Shown: piece after piece, positions 26,385 through 35,210 of the stretch | How positions within the stretch are numbered: the first letter of the stretch is position 1 | How the letters are laid out: every line of letters starts with the position of its first letter | The notes under the pieces: generated by a model | The model's input: the letters and a program-made list of their open reading frames with translations, nothing else | What the model was told of the DNA's origin: nothing | Databases searched by the model: none | Source of the DNA: a virus | Length of the DNA: 54,719 nt | IMG/VR virus record: IMGVR_UViG_3300014166_000001 | Span: 1-54,719 of that record | Reading direction: 5' to 3' (one strand) | Program-made: the position numbers and the translations under genes

Positions 26385-27034
26385 GTTAATTTTGGTTTGT
26401 AGACCTTCGCCACCCATTGCGCGAGCTCGAAAGGAATTTTCGCTATGGCTGCTGAGGCGGCTTTGCGGGATTTGGATTTGCTGGCATGAGAATACGGCTC
26501 CAGCGTTTTGAACTCACCATTTGCGCGACGATTAGCCCAGTAAGCTCTGATCTTCGCTTTCGTTACCTCGCTTTTTGACTTTCCGGTATGGCCCGCAGCA
26601 ATCTTAGCTCTGTGCTCGGGGGATTTTGGAACTCCTTTGTGGGTTCGGACGGCTGCGGCACGAGTGTTTGGATGACACGGAATCCCGCGGTGTTTGGACG
26701 CGCTACGCTCAATGGAATCGGGCTTATGCTTGTAACCAAACGGCCCCTCGCCGCCATTGCTAAGGTTGTAACCGTTCGGCGCGAGGGAATTAAATCTACC
26801 AATTAGAACGGGCTCCACCTGGCAAAGTTCATACCACGAACTCGCTTCGTGGATGACCTGAATTGAGAATTGTTCAACTCCATGTTTGGCTATTGCGCGA
26901 TTTACTAGCCCGACATTGGGGCGCTTACGTGCACTGTAAACGTGCTCGTTCCATCGCCTTCGGACTCCGCGCGAGGTAATTCCGACGTAGCAGTGTCCAG
27001 TTGCTAAACAGGTGATGAGATAGGCTTGAAACAT
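26375..27034 (-). CDS. GIY-YIG homing endonuclease whose C-terminal about 35 aa duplicate the methyltransferase C-terminus
   Basis: YLITC...HCYVGIT...RRRWNEH (GIY-YIG), GYNLSNGGEG, NUMOD3-like KGVPKSPEHRAKIAAGHTGK, and the tail SKSKSRKAASAAIAKIPFELAQWVAKVYKP. Confidence 0.8.
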   Translation of the reverse strand: MFQAYLITCLATGHCYVGITSRGVRRRWNEHVYSARKRPNVGLVNRAIAKHGVEQFSIQVIHEASSWYELCQVEPVLIGRFNSLAPNGYNLSNGGEGPFGYKHKPDSIERSASKHRGIPCHPNTRAAAVRTHKGVPKSPEHRAKIAAGHTGKSKSEVTKAKIRAYWANRRANGEFKTLEPYSHASKSKSRKAASAAIAKIPFELAQWVAKVYKPKLTCL

Positions 27035-27663
27035 CGGGCAATCCAAGTTGAAAGTTCGATGGGAATTTTTGCTATTTGTGCAGACCACGCCTTTCGATGC
27101 TTACTCTTAGAGCTGAATTGTCGCGCGGAGTTTTCATAATTATCGTAGAACCACGATGGATATCCAAGTTGTTTGCGTGCAATATCGAAAGGCATTAGGG
27201 CTGGAACGTCGCCCCAAAAAAAGAAAGACCCACACCGCGCTTGTGCCCGCCCCACCCACGGCTGAGCCCCGCGAACATTCTCCACAACCATCGGGATAAA
27301 GTGGCCAGCGGCTTCTATCGCCTCGCGTTGAATCCGAAAGCAGGCGCGGAATAAAGCGAGTTCCTTATCAGTCCTCTCACTGGACGCCCGCACTTCCGCC
27401 GCAAGTTTTTTGGCTCTGCTCCAAGGCATAGCGCAATAGCTGAAAAATTGGCAAGGCGGTGACGCTACGATGAGCGCAGCGTCCTTGAATTGCCGACCGT
27501 GAATCGTGAGCACGTCTTGAATGACGAGTTGCGCGGGGTAACGCTTGCCATCGCCGTAGTCGTGGGCCTCGATGTCAAAGCCCACACATCTGTAGCCCTC
27601 GGCTAGTAGTCCTGAAGTCCACCCGCCGATCCCCGAAAAAAGGTCGATTGCCAACGGCTTCAT
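27004..27663 (-). CDS. DNA (cytosine-5) methyltransferase, unusually compact (219 aa)
   Basis: Motif I DLFSGIGG, motif IV PPCQFFS, motif VI ENV, and a C-terminal motif-X-like IAKIPIELSTWIA. Confidence 0.85.
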   Translation of the reverse strand: MKPLAIDLFSGIGGWTSGLLAEGYRCVGFDIEAHDYGDGKRYPAQLVIQDVLTIHGRQFKDAALIVASPPCQFFSYCAMPWSRAKKLAAEVRASSERTDKELALFRACFRIQREAIEAAGHFIPMVVENVRGAQPWVGRAQARCGSFFFWGDVPALMPFDIARKQLGYPSWFYDNYENSARQFSSKSKHRKAWSAQIAKIPIELSTWIARCFKPISSPV

Positions 27664-28865
27664 GTGAGAGACTTACGAGCATCCTCTTCCCAGCTAAGCG
27701 TGTTGCCGGTCGCGCTTTCCTTGCCGCCGCGGCGCCGACCCGGATCAGGTGGATCGTTCTTGTAGGTTTCCAGCTCGGCTTTCAACTCCGTAACCTGTTT
27801 CTCAGCCCGCATGCGCTTCAACTTCTCAACCGCAGCCATAGCAAACCGGTGCCGGATATGCGCGTTCTTCAGGATGCGGTCCTGCACACTGGCCGACTGG
27901 GCATCGAACAACTTAAAGGCTTCCTCGCGCGCGCCGTTCAATTCTTTATCGGTCGGGTCGTCGTGGTAGTCATCCACCGACTCGGCCAACTGCTTTTTGA
28001 CGTCCTCGTACAGCTTGCCCAACTCCGTGCGCTGGGTGATGTGTTTGGCTTCTTCATCCACCGTGCGCTGCTTCCAGTTGGCCTTTTCCTCTGCCAACGC
28101 TTCGGCGGCTTCGCGTTCCATGCCGTCTAGGCTCTTAATGTCGGGCATCACCAGCGTGGCTACCTTATCACCGAAAAGCTGTTCGCCTCGAGCAAGGGCT
28201 TTGTTGGGGGACTGGCGATAAAGCCGGGTCAGTTCTACGAGGTCGTCCAGGCTGCCTTTGCGCGTGGCATTGGTTTCGGGGTCGGTCACGTCCAAGGTTT
28301 CGATGAACCCTTTAGCGCGGTTGGCAGCCTTCTGGAATGGCACCTCGTACTTCTTCCTGAACTCATCGGAGGTTTCATGCTTTAGCGCGCGCAGTTGAGA
28401 CTCCTTCTCTTCCAACTGCTTTTCGAGTGTGCCAAGACGTTCTGTAAGCGTGGCCGTTTCCTTACCCTTAGCCTCGGCATCCTTGATCTTGGCCTCCAGA
28501 TCGGTGACTTGCTTGCTCTTGGTCGCCAGTTCGCCGTTCACACGGTCCAGTTCGGCGCGTAACTGCGGAGGTGCCTTTGGTCCAGCTATCACTTTGTTCG
28601 GGTCGGGCTTGGGTGGTTCAGGTTTGGCGGGCTCCGCTGGCTTGGCCGGCTCAGGCGGTGCATCCGGCTTCTTAGCTAACGGTGAGGCTTTGTCGAAGGC
28701 ATCGGTCAATCGCTTGTCGAAGTCCAAGACGGGATCGCCACCACCAGATGACGGAGCAGGCGAAGGCGCTGGAGCAGCGGCCGGCGCTGGAGATGGTGCG
28801 GGTGCTGGTTTAGCCGGGGCGGCGGGTGCCGCTGGCGCGGGTGGTGGTGTTGCTATTTCGGCCAT
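27660..28865 (-). CDS. Coiled-coil protein with a Pro/Ala/Ser-rich N-terminus (possible scaffolding protein)
   Basis: 401 aa. PAPAAPAAPAKPAPAPSPAP... followed by long charged heptad-like regions. The function is a guess. Confidence 0.55.
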   Translation of the reverse strand: MAEIATPPPAPAAPAAPAKPAPAPSPAPAAAPAPSPAPSSGGGDPVLDFDKRLTDAFDKASPLAKKPDAPPEPAKPAEPAKPEPPKPDPNKVIAGPKAPPQLRAELDRVNGELATKSKQVTDLEAKIKDAEAKGKETATLTERLGTLEKQLEEKESQLRALKHETSDEFRKKYEVPFQKAANRAKGFIETLDVTDPETNATRKGSLDDLVELTRLYRQSPNKALARGEQLFGDKVATLVMPDIKSLDGMEREAAEALAEEKANWKQRTVDEEAKHITQRTELGKLYEDVKKQLAESVDDYHDDPTDKELNGAREEAFKLFDAQSASVQDRILKNAHIRHRFAMAAVEKLKRMRAEKQVTELKAELETYKNDPPDPGRRRGGKESATGNTLSWEEDARKSLT

Positions 28866-28868
28866 AAG

Positions 28869-29150
28869 CTACTTCTTCTTTTTGCGTGGTTTGAGGCTGG
28901 GATCCTCGGGCATGGTTTCGGTGTAATGGATCAAGCCTGGCGATGGGAAAACAAACGATGACTCCTCGGCGTCAGCGATAGTCAAGAGCGTGTGGGCCAT
29001 GAACTCGACCCCGCGCAACTCCTCCCGGGTGGGTCCCTGCTGCGCTATTTGTGCTCGCGCATGCGTAAGGACTTGCTCGAACACTTCACCGCCAGCTATC
29101 GAGCGCCACTCAGACGCCAGCTTTTTGTTCTTAAGAAGTTCCGCACTCAT
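28869..29150 (-). CDS. Hypothetical protein
   Basis: 93-aa co-directional ORF. Confidence 0.45.
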   Translation of the reverse strand: MSAELLKNKKLASEWRSIAGGEVFEQVLTHARAQIAQQGPTREELRGVEFMAHTLLTIADAEESSFVFPSPGLIHYTETMPEDPSLKPRKKKK

Positions 29151-29155
29151 GGCTT

Positions 29156-29431
29156 TTAGTTCGAGTTGCCTCGTACCTGAACGATGTTGCTAGGCTCCTT
29201 GGGTTTCACAAACAGCTTTGCACAATGTTCAATGTCCACCGAAAGGGCATCGAGGCACACGCCGATATTCGCTCCCGTCTTTTGGTGCTGAATGCGGGTT
29301 ATGTTTCCTTCGGCTCCGGTGCTGATGTTCTGCTCGGCTTGGCAATAAGGCTGGCCTTGGGGATTCATCCCGAAGCTAAGGTTTGCGATGCCTCCACGAA
29401 GGAGTTTTTGAATACTTTCACTGGTGTTCAT
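29156..29431 (-). CDS. Hypothetical protein
   Basis: ORF with an internal ATG (MNTSES) downstream of the stop at 29466. Confidence 0.4.
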   Translation of the reverse strand: MNTSESIQKLLRGGIANLSFGMNPQGQPYCQAEQNISTGAEGNITRIQHQKTGANIGVCLDALSVDIEHCAKLFVKPKEPSNIVQVRGNSN

Positions 29432-29465
29432 TTTTGTATAAGTGTAACGGATTTGGTTTATGGAG

Positions 29466-30491
29466 TCACATTTGATTGATCGGCTGTTTATCAAACCAGT
29501 CATAGGCCAAAGCAGTGGGTTTTGGCCACGGCTTACCCTGCAGCATGTTGTTGCGTAGCTGGCGTATGTCGTAGGAGTTCATCGAGACTTTGCTGGTCTG
29601 AATGCGGTTGAGGGCACTGTGCGACTTGTCACGCGGCGTCCCGATCTCTCCCTTATCCTCGCGTCGCATGGTGGTGCCGATAAACTCTGGGGACCGGTCC
29701 TCGACAATGGCCATGCGCTCATCGAAGTAGATCGGCAAATTGTTGTTCTGGAGTAGAATGCCGAACAGGGAGTCCTCGCTGCCAAGCCCGTCGCATACGT
29801 CCTCGGGATAACCGTTGACCTTGAGTGCCCATTCGATCGGGATGCCCGTCGAGCAACCATACCACCACGATCCAGGCGCGCTAAAAGGGTTTCTGAGATG
29901 CTGATGAATGTCGTAATACTGGCGCACGTATGCAGTGCGGTTGTCTTCCCCGGTGACGATACCAGCGTTCTTGATCAGCCCGTTCTCGACCGTGACGCTG
30001 GTTCGCTTCTGGTACGGACCACACACGGCGTAATTACCAGCTTTCGCCTCGCGTACGGCATCCATCCAGCCCGGGAGCAGCACGCAGCGATCATCGACGT
30101 TTACCCAGTAGTCTCCAGCCGACCAGCAAAGCGCGGTGTTGCGGGAGTTGGCGGCCGCCCACCATTGGTCCTTGGTCAACCGGTAAGGTCCCTGCCACAC
30201 CGTGGGCTTGGGCGGTGTCCAGATGACGGGGCACTTCAACCCTGCCTTGGTTTGTGCCTTCATTACCTCAGTGCCACGAGTCCCGACGTCCGCAGACGTC
30301 CAGCCGTCACCTTCCTGGGCGAAGAAGTCGACCAGGATCAATTCAATGTCATCGGTCGGCTGTAGCTGCACCGCCAAGCTCTCGAAGAACCAATCGAAGC
30401 GAGGTTCTTTGCGCGACGTGATGTAGCCAATGGAAATAATTACCGTGCCCTCCCACAGTGATGGTACGATACTCCGTGCATTTGGTTGCAT
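29466..30491 (-). CDS. GT-A fold glycosyltransferase (GT2-like)
   Basis: ISIGYITSRKEP...ELILVDF, WVNVDDRCVLLPGW (DxD), GSEDSLFGILL. The start is uncertain (30491 or 30524) and overlaps the upstream gene. Confidence 0.6.
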   Translation of the reverse strand: MQPNARSIVPSLWEGTVIISIGYITSRKEPRFDWFFESLAVQLQPTDDIELILVDFFAQEGDGWTSADVGTRGTEVMKAQTKAGLKCPVIWTPPKPTVWQGPYRLTKDQWWAAANSRNTALCWSAGDYWVNVDDRCVLLPGWMDAVREAKAGNYAVCGPYQKRTSVTVENGLIKNAGIVTGEDNRTAYVRQYYDIHQHLRNPFSAPGSWWYGCSTGIPIEWALKVNGYPEDVCDGLGSEDSLFGILLQNNNLPIYFDERMAIVEDRSPEFIGTTMRREDKGEIGTPRDKSHSALNRIQTSKVSMNSYDIRQLRNNMLQGKPWPKPTALAYDWFDKQPINQM

Positions 30492-31000
30492 CTCCACCCT
30501 TTCTGCATAACTACATCGAGCCATACCTGATCCGCGGGGAATGGTGACTGCAACGTGCGAGCAAGTTCGGTTGGAATGATCAGCCCGACCGGGCCGCCCA
30601 GTGCTCCGTTGTAGTACTGGCTTTTTCCTAAATAGTAATGCTCAGCGTTGACGGCACAGTCGCAGTTGAACCGGGACAATTCGGTAAACCAAGGCCCTTC
30701 GATATAGGCATCGTCATCAAAAAGGAAACACCATTTGCTGTCGGCAAGCTTTACGAGGTCGTCCACGAACCCGCCCATGTTGTTGTACCCGCTGCCCCTT
30801 TGGCCGACCCAGAACGAGCCGCAGCCTTTGGTCAATTCCTGGGCCAGAAGGATCCGTGCGCCATCGTCGGAGTCCACGCGCAGCAGGATTTCCACCTCGC
30901 CCTTGTTCGTGCCCGGGGCATCGAGGATAGAGGATACGGCCTTGCGTAGCGACTCTTCGGAGCCGCTGCGTGTGGGCATGATGATCGAAACGGTTTTCAT
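30440..31000 (-). CDS. Glycosyltransferase family 2-like (GT-A)
   Basis: MKTVSIIMPTRSGSE...LLRVDSDD...FLFDDDAY. ATGA overlap with the upstream methyltransferase gene. Confidence 0.7.
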   Translation of the reverse strand: MKTVSIIMPTRSGSEESLRKAVSSILDAPGTNKGEVEILLRVDSDDGARILLAQELTKGCGSFWVGQRGSGYNNMGGFVDDLVKLADSKWCFLFDDDAYIEGPWFTELSRFNCDCAVNAEHYYLGKSQYYNGALGGPVGLIIPTELARTLQSPFPADQVWLDVVMQKGWRCNQMHGVSYHHCGRAR

Positions 31001-31773
31001 TCTGATCTTTTCCGACAGGTAATGAGCAAGTGCCAGCCTAGCGCCTTCTCCAGTGACCGGAACATCTCGTGCGGCATGGCTGTGAACCACGGCTCCCAGA
31101 CATACTGGTGCTGAACGTATTTCTCTACCACGTAGGGAAAGATGTGATCTTGATTCAGTTCGATCATATCGAAGTCATCCAACAACTCGTAAACTTGTTC
31201 AGCCGTGAAAGCCTGAACTATAGGGCAGCCGTCCTGAGCCTCGGTGCGGTTCAAACCAGAAGTGATAACTTTCCAAGAGTTACTGGCGTAGAGCATTAGT
31301 TTGAACACTGACTTTTTTCCGAGGTATGCTTGCACAGTATTAACCAACCGGTACGGGTTGTGGCAGTGATGGATTACTCCAAACGAATAGACTAGATCGA
31401 AAGTTTGAGGAGGGATGATCTTGGTTATCTCCTCGGCGTTACCAAGGTACAGCCTTCCTTTGAGCCCGTAGACTTCCAAACGCTTTCGTGTCAGTTCAAG
31501 ACTCACCTCCGAAAAGTCGATCCCGGTGTAGGTTGCTCCAGCCTTACAAAAACTCACGGCGTCTGTCCCGATGCCGCAACCTATTTCCAACACCCGCTTG
31601 CCTTTCCACCTGTCGAACTGAGCAAAGCCTGGAATGTGCGGCTCCACGAAGTATTTGCGTGCTTCGATCTCATCGAAGAATGCTTTCGTGCCAACCTCCG
31701 ACGTAGAATGGCGAATGTTGCATGGCTGACGGTCCCAGTAACTCCTGCTCTCGGATAAGGGGTCGGTGGTCAT
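30997..31773 (-). CDS. Class I SAM-dependent methyltransferase
   Basis: Motif I VLEIGCGIGTD, followed by GIDFS and a Rossmann-like pattern. Confidence 0.8.
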   Translation of the reverse strand: MTTDPLSESRSYWDRQPCNIRHSTSEVGTKAFFDEIEARKYFVEPHIPGFAQFDRWKGKRVLEIGCGIGTDAVSFCKAGATYTGIDFSEVSLELTRKRLEVYGLKGRLYLGNAEEITKIIPPQTFDLVYSFGVIHHCHNPYRLVNTVQAYLGKKSVFKLMLYASNSWKVITSGLNRTEAQDGCPIVQAFTAEQVYELLDDFDMIELNQDHIFPYVVEKYVQHQYVWEPWFTAMPHEMFRSLEKALGWHLLITCRKRSE

Positions 31774-32498
31774 TCTAAGTGTAAATCGGTGTTCGGAGCG
31801 TTATCGGCGCAAACCGGCCAGTTGCCCTCGACAAACTGAGCGTAAGCATCTGGCTTTCCGCCTTCGACGCCTTTGATGACTGGCGCGTAAACTTTGGCAT
31901 TGCCTAGCGTGGCGGCCCACCAGCTAAAACTAGACGGCGCGCGGAAGTGAACCTTGGAGGTCATAAGTTTATAGAAGGCTGGCAAACTAACCCATGTGGT
32001 GCCAAGCCCGGCCGCCGTGACGTCGCCTTGGAACGCAGGTAACCTAGTCGGACTGGTATCCACCTCCCATTCGCACTCTTCTGGCGAGAACCCGCGCACA
32101 AGAGCAGCATCCGCGTAGCACGTATTGCCAAGCGAAACCAACCCGGCGCCCAAGTAGTCCGTACCACGGCGCCAGTCCAAGAGCACGGGCCTCCTGTTCT
32201 CCAGCACTGGCCGCAGCATATCCAGCACGCTCGGCTTGATCCGCAGCCATTCTTTGACCTGTTTGCGCGTGTAGATCAGGCTGGATTGGCGTTGGTGGAG
32301 ATCTTCACCGAGAACGATGTCTGCTGGATTCCCGTTCGATCTGGGTCGAACAGCCTCGGGAATATCCCATATCTTTTCACCTACCCACGGATATTGGCAA
32401 AGCTGATGGCCATTTTGTTCGCAAAACGCACGTAAATAACAGTACTGGAAAAGCAAATTTCCCATTCGTCCTATGAATGGCATGAAACAAGTGCTCAT
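31770..32498 (-). CDS. Glycosyltransferase family 11-like (alpha-1,2-fucosyltransferase type)
   Basis: Three family motifs are present: GRMGNLLFQY (cf. GGLGNQMFQYA), DWRRGTDY (cf. HxRRGDY) and SSFSWWAATL (cf. STFSWWAAYL). Confidence 0.7.
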   Translation of the reverse strand: MSTCFMPFIGRMGNLLFQYCYLRAFCEQNGHQLCQYPWVGEKIWDIPEAVRPRSNGNPADIVLGEDLHQRQSSLIYTRKQVKEWLRIKPSVLDMLRPVLENRRPVLLDWRRGTDYLGAGLVSLGNTCYADAALVRGFSPEECEWEVDTSPTRLPAFQGDVTAAGLGTTWVSLPAFYKLMTSKVHFRAPSSFSWWAATLGNAKVYAPVIKGVEGGKPDAYAQFVEGNWPVCADNAPNTDLHLE

Positions 32499-32992
32499 CG
32501 GGTTTCTGGCTTTCTTCTGTTGTTTGCCTGATGCTTTCGAGTTTCCCAACAGCAATTACTTGCCTCGTAACCCTTGGAATTGTCGTTGCGCTCAAGGGTC
32601 AGACCGCTAGGGCACTCACCCATATCGTTAAGAGAGTTTTCAAACGAATCCAGCCATCGCTTGCATATGGTGATTCCCCGCCCTCCATAATTCTTCCAGT
32701 CCGCGCACTTAGGATTAGTGCACCTATTTTTCATCGACTTCCAAGAACTGTACGCCTTTGTTAATATCCCTCCGGTTGCGGCTCCGTGTTTTTTGGGTGT
32801 TCTCAGCAGTTCTGTTCTGAGGCACCCGCAAGACGCGTGTTTGCCGCTGATCAAATCCCCAGAAATGGCGACACTCTGTTTCCCACAATCACAGTCGCAA
32901 AGCCATCGGGTTTTTCCGTGTGGGCTGGATTCGACTTGTCGGACAACCAATAGTGCTCCGAATCTTTTATATTTCAGTTCTAATTTTTTCAT
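32495..32992 (-). CDS. HNH-superfamily-like homing endonuclease (W..M..RC...Y..YGGRGI ... ERNDN..GY...NC.W family)
   Basis: YSSWKSMKNRCTNPKCADWKNYGGRGITICKRW...TLERNDNSKGYEASNCCW. ATGA overlaps on both sides. Paralogue at 51003-51455. Confidence 0.7.
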   Translation of the reverse strand: MKKLELKYKRFGALLVVRQVESSPHGKTRWLCDCDCGKQSVAISGDLISGKHASCGCLRTELLRTPKKHGAATGGILTKAYSSWKSMKNRCTNPKCADWKNYGGRGITICKRWLDSFENSLNDMGECPSGLTLERNDNSKGYEASNCCWETRKHQANNRRKPETR

Positions 32993-33591
32993 CTTATGCG
33001 CTGGTACAAAGCCCCAGTTCCAATCGTGTAAAGTTTTCTGAACCCGAGTTGCAGTAATCGTTGTTCAGCTCGCGTGACAGCCCCACCAGCCCAAGCTAAA
33101 TCGTCGAGCACCGTGAATCCTCCGACTATGACTTGTTGAGCGAACCTCACCGTGTCACGAACAGCCTGATCATTATGCCCGGCATCTACGTGGAGTAAGC
33201 CTATTTGGTTCGGGACCTCGGCGTCGTCCGACTTCTTGCGGATGATTTTTGTGACGTTATCGAGCCCAAGCTGATGCAGCATTTGCATGAATTTTTGGCA
33301 AAGCCCTTCAAAGTCCTGACTCTCCCACCACTCCCGGTCCTCGTTGGTGGTCTGAGCCAGAATAGCCGCGTGTTTGTCCCAAGGCTCGATGCCCATGACG
33401 AGCCCACTGCCAATGGCCTTGTGCGCCAGGGCGAGAGGTATGAATGAACTGCCCCCGTAGATCCCGATCTCGACCGTCAACGCGGGGCGATAGCACAGAA
33501 CTAAGCTTGCGAGGACGTAGGCTTTATCTTTAGAACACCATCCAGGAATGGAAGGTTGAACTTTATCAATTAATTGAAATAGATCAGTCAT
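32989..33591 (-). CDS. Class I SAM-dependent methyltransferase (Methyltransf_24/CmcI-like)
   Basis: TVEIGIYGGSS...GIEPWD...LLHVDAGH...TVLDD pattern typical of small O-methyltransferases. Confidence 0.65.
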   Translation of the reverse strand: MTDLFQLIDKVQPSIPGWCSKDKAYVLASLVLCYRPALTVEIGIYGGSSFIPLALAHKAIGSGLVMGIEPWDKHAAILAQTTNEDREWWESQDFEGLCQKFMQMLHQLGLDNVTKIIRKKSDDAEVPNQIGLLHVDAGHNDQAVRDTVRFAQQVIVGGFTVLDDLAWAGGAVTRAEQRLLQLGFRKLYTIGTGALYQRIR

Positions 33592-34048
33592 GGTGTGGCA
33601 GCTCTCCTCTCATTTTGAGAGCTGCTGTGTTCCACGCTTCTGAGGCTTTTTGTGGATCGTTAAAGTAACCAAGATGCAAGCGTGTACCAAAAGACATGAT
33701 GAAGGCTCTCCATTTCTTGGCACCTTTATGCCAGTGAACACCACGGAACCCGCTTGTATTACGAGAAACGATCTTCTGATTGTGGGCTTGAGTGAATTTC
33801 GAGGCGAGTCTTAGATTAGACCTCTGGTTGTTGAGTGGATTGCCGTCGATGTGATCCACTTCCACTCCTTCAGGAGCTTCCATGATTATTCTGTGCATTC
33901 TCACGATGCGCTGATGGATTCCATCTGGCTTACCGAAATGAGTCACGGCAATCCCGTTTGAATAGCTCCATTTGCGTTCAGACAGCCAATCGAAATCAGT
34001 GTCATCGACCAAAGCTGAGAAGCCCTTGCTGAGACAGATCGTTTTCAT
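33584..34048 (-). CDS. HNH + AP2-domain homing endonuclease
   Basis: VDHIDGNPLNNQRSNLRL (HNH) and SGFRGVHWHKGAKKWRAFI...LGYF (AP2). ATGA overlap with the upstream gene. Confidence 0.85.
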   Translation of the reverse strand: MKTICLSKGFSALVDDTDFDWLSERKWSYSNGIAVTHFGKPDGIHQRIVRMHRIIMEAPEGVEVDHIDGNPLNNQRSNLRLASKFTQAHNQKIVSRNTSGFRGVHWHKGAKKWRAFIMSFGTRLHLGYFNDPQKASEAWNTAALKMRGELPHHD

Positions 34049-35007
34049 AGGTGCAACTGGTCGTGACTGAGTTTGAGCACGGAACAAGCGCTGTCATTTA
34101 TGCCGACTGATACCCAGAGCTTGCTGTCATGTTCGACGCACCCGCCAGGGAAAACAACCCGAGGCTTGTATTGATGGCATTTACTCCGTTCGGATACGGG
34201 AATCTGATCGAGTTCGCTTCCGTAAACGACGGGCTTCTTAGAAATAGCTTCCACTTTGAATGGTGACACTGGATCCATAAGCATCGCCCCCATAAAATAT
34301 CTACGCCTCCACCCATCAAATTCGTTATCCAAACCGCTATGGAAGAACCGCAGAAGTTTGCCTTGGTATTGGATCGCGGGTGTTCCGCCGCGTATCGATC
34401 CGTAAGGCCAGGATGGCGGGTCACTTGCAAAGGTTTCGATGATCTTCGATTGATCGAGCTGGAACACGACTTGTTTGGGTTCGGATTCATAAATGAAGTA
34501 GAGCGCATCGCCCACGGTCAGAGGAACGTGGTTCTTCTCGATCGGCTTAGGGTTAGGCGGCGTGGGTTGCTGCACGTTGACCACGGTGTTGCCCTCGAGC
34601 CTGCCGTATTTGACCACCGCGGTCGGAGGCATGCTCGGCCATGTGCTTTGCACCCAGCATATCCACACGTCTTGGCCGATATAGAACAGCTTTGGATCCT
34701 CGAAACTCGCCGGCTCCTCCGTCTTAATTTCGAGGTGCCGGTTGCTCAGCACTTTGCCGGTGAAGTCCAGTTCAGCTATGGCAAGCTTGGTCGCCAGCGT
34801 GGGGCCGTCATGGAAGCGATACGCCATAAGCAGCCCGTCGCCGTGCTTCACGATCGAGGGGTTGTAAGAATGTCGCACTAATTTTCCGATTTCAATCGGA
34901 AGGGTTTCCACCTGATCGGAAACCTTCGGGTATCTACTCGAAACCTTTAGCCGCTGAATGAACTCTTCTGCGAGTTTGGCATTATAAGTTATTCTTGGGT
35001 CACTCAT
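34045..35007 (-). CDS. Five-bladed beta-propeller glycosidase/glycosyl-phosphorylase-like protein (GH130/GT108-type)
   Basis: YNPSIVKHGDGLLMAYR, FEDPKLF, GSIRGGTPAIQYQGKLLRFFH, YFMGAMLMD. Pattern recognition only. Confidence 0.5.
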   Translation of the reverse strand: MSDPRITYNAKLAEEFIQRLKVSSRYPKVSDQVETLPIEIGKLVRHSYNPSIVKHGDGLLMAYRFHDGPTLATKLAIAELDFTGKVLSNRHLEIKTEEPASFEDPKLFYIGQDVWICWVQSTWPSMPPTAVVKYGRLEGNTVVNVQQPTPPNPKPIEKNHVPLTVGDALYFIYESEPKQVVFQLDQSKIIETFASDPPSWPYGSIRGGTPAIQYQGKLLRFFHSGLDNEFDGWRRRYFMGAMLMDPVSPFKVEAISKKPVVYGSELDQIPVSERSKCHQYKPRVVFPGGCVEHDSKLWVSVGINDSACSVLKLSHDQLHL

Positions 35008-35210
35008 AATCTTGAGTGCAACCTCCTGAATATAGTCTGTCGAGAAACACCAAAACACTCACCTATAGCTCTCATGGTCATTCCGCTGTCTTGCATTTGC
35101 CGCACGGAAATCATTTGTACATCCGTCAATTTTCTAAACATTGTTCCATGGAGCCTCCTGTCATGTTGGTTCTCGACACATGTCCCTATCCGTAGATTTC
35201 CAAATTTCGC

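Noticed and set aside
27660-28865. Tape-measure protein call for the 401-aa coiled-coil ORF
   Set aside because: The tail gene set is podovirus-like (nozzle-type protein, no tube/sheath/chaperone genes), and the ORF is too short. A scaffold or other coiled-coil role is more plausible, though unproven.
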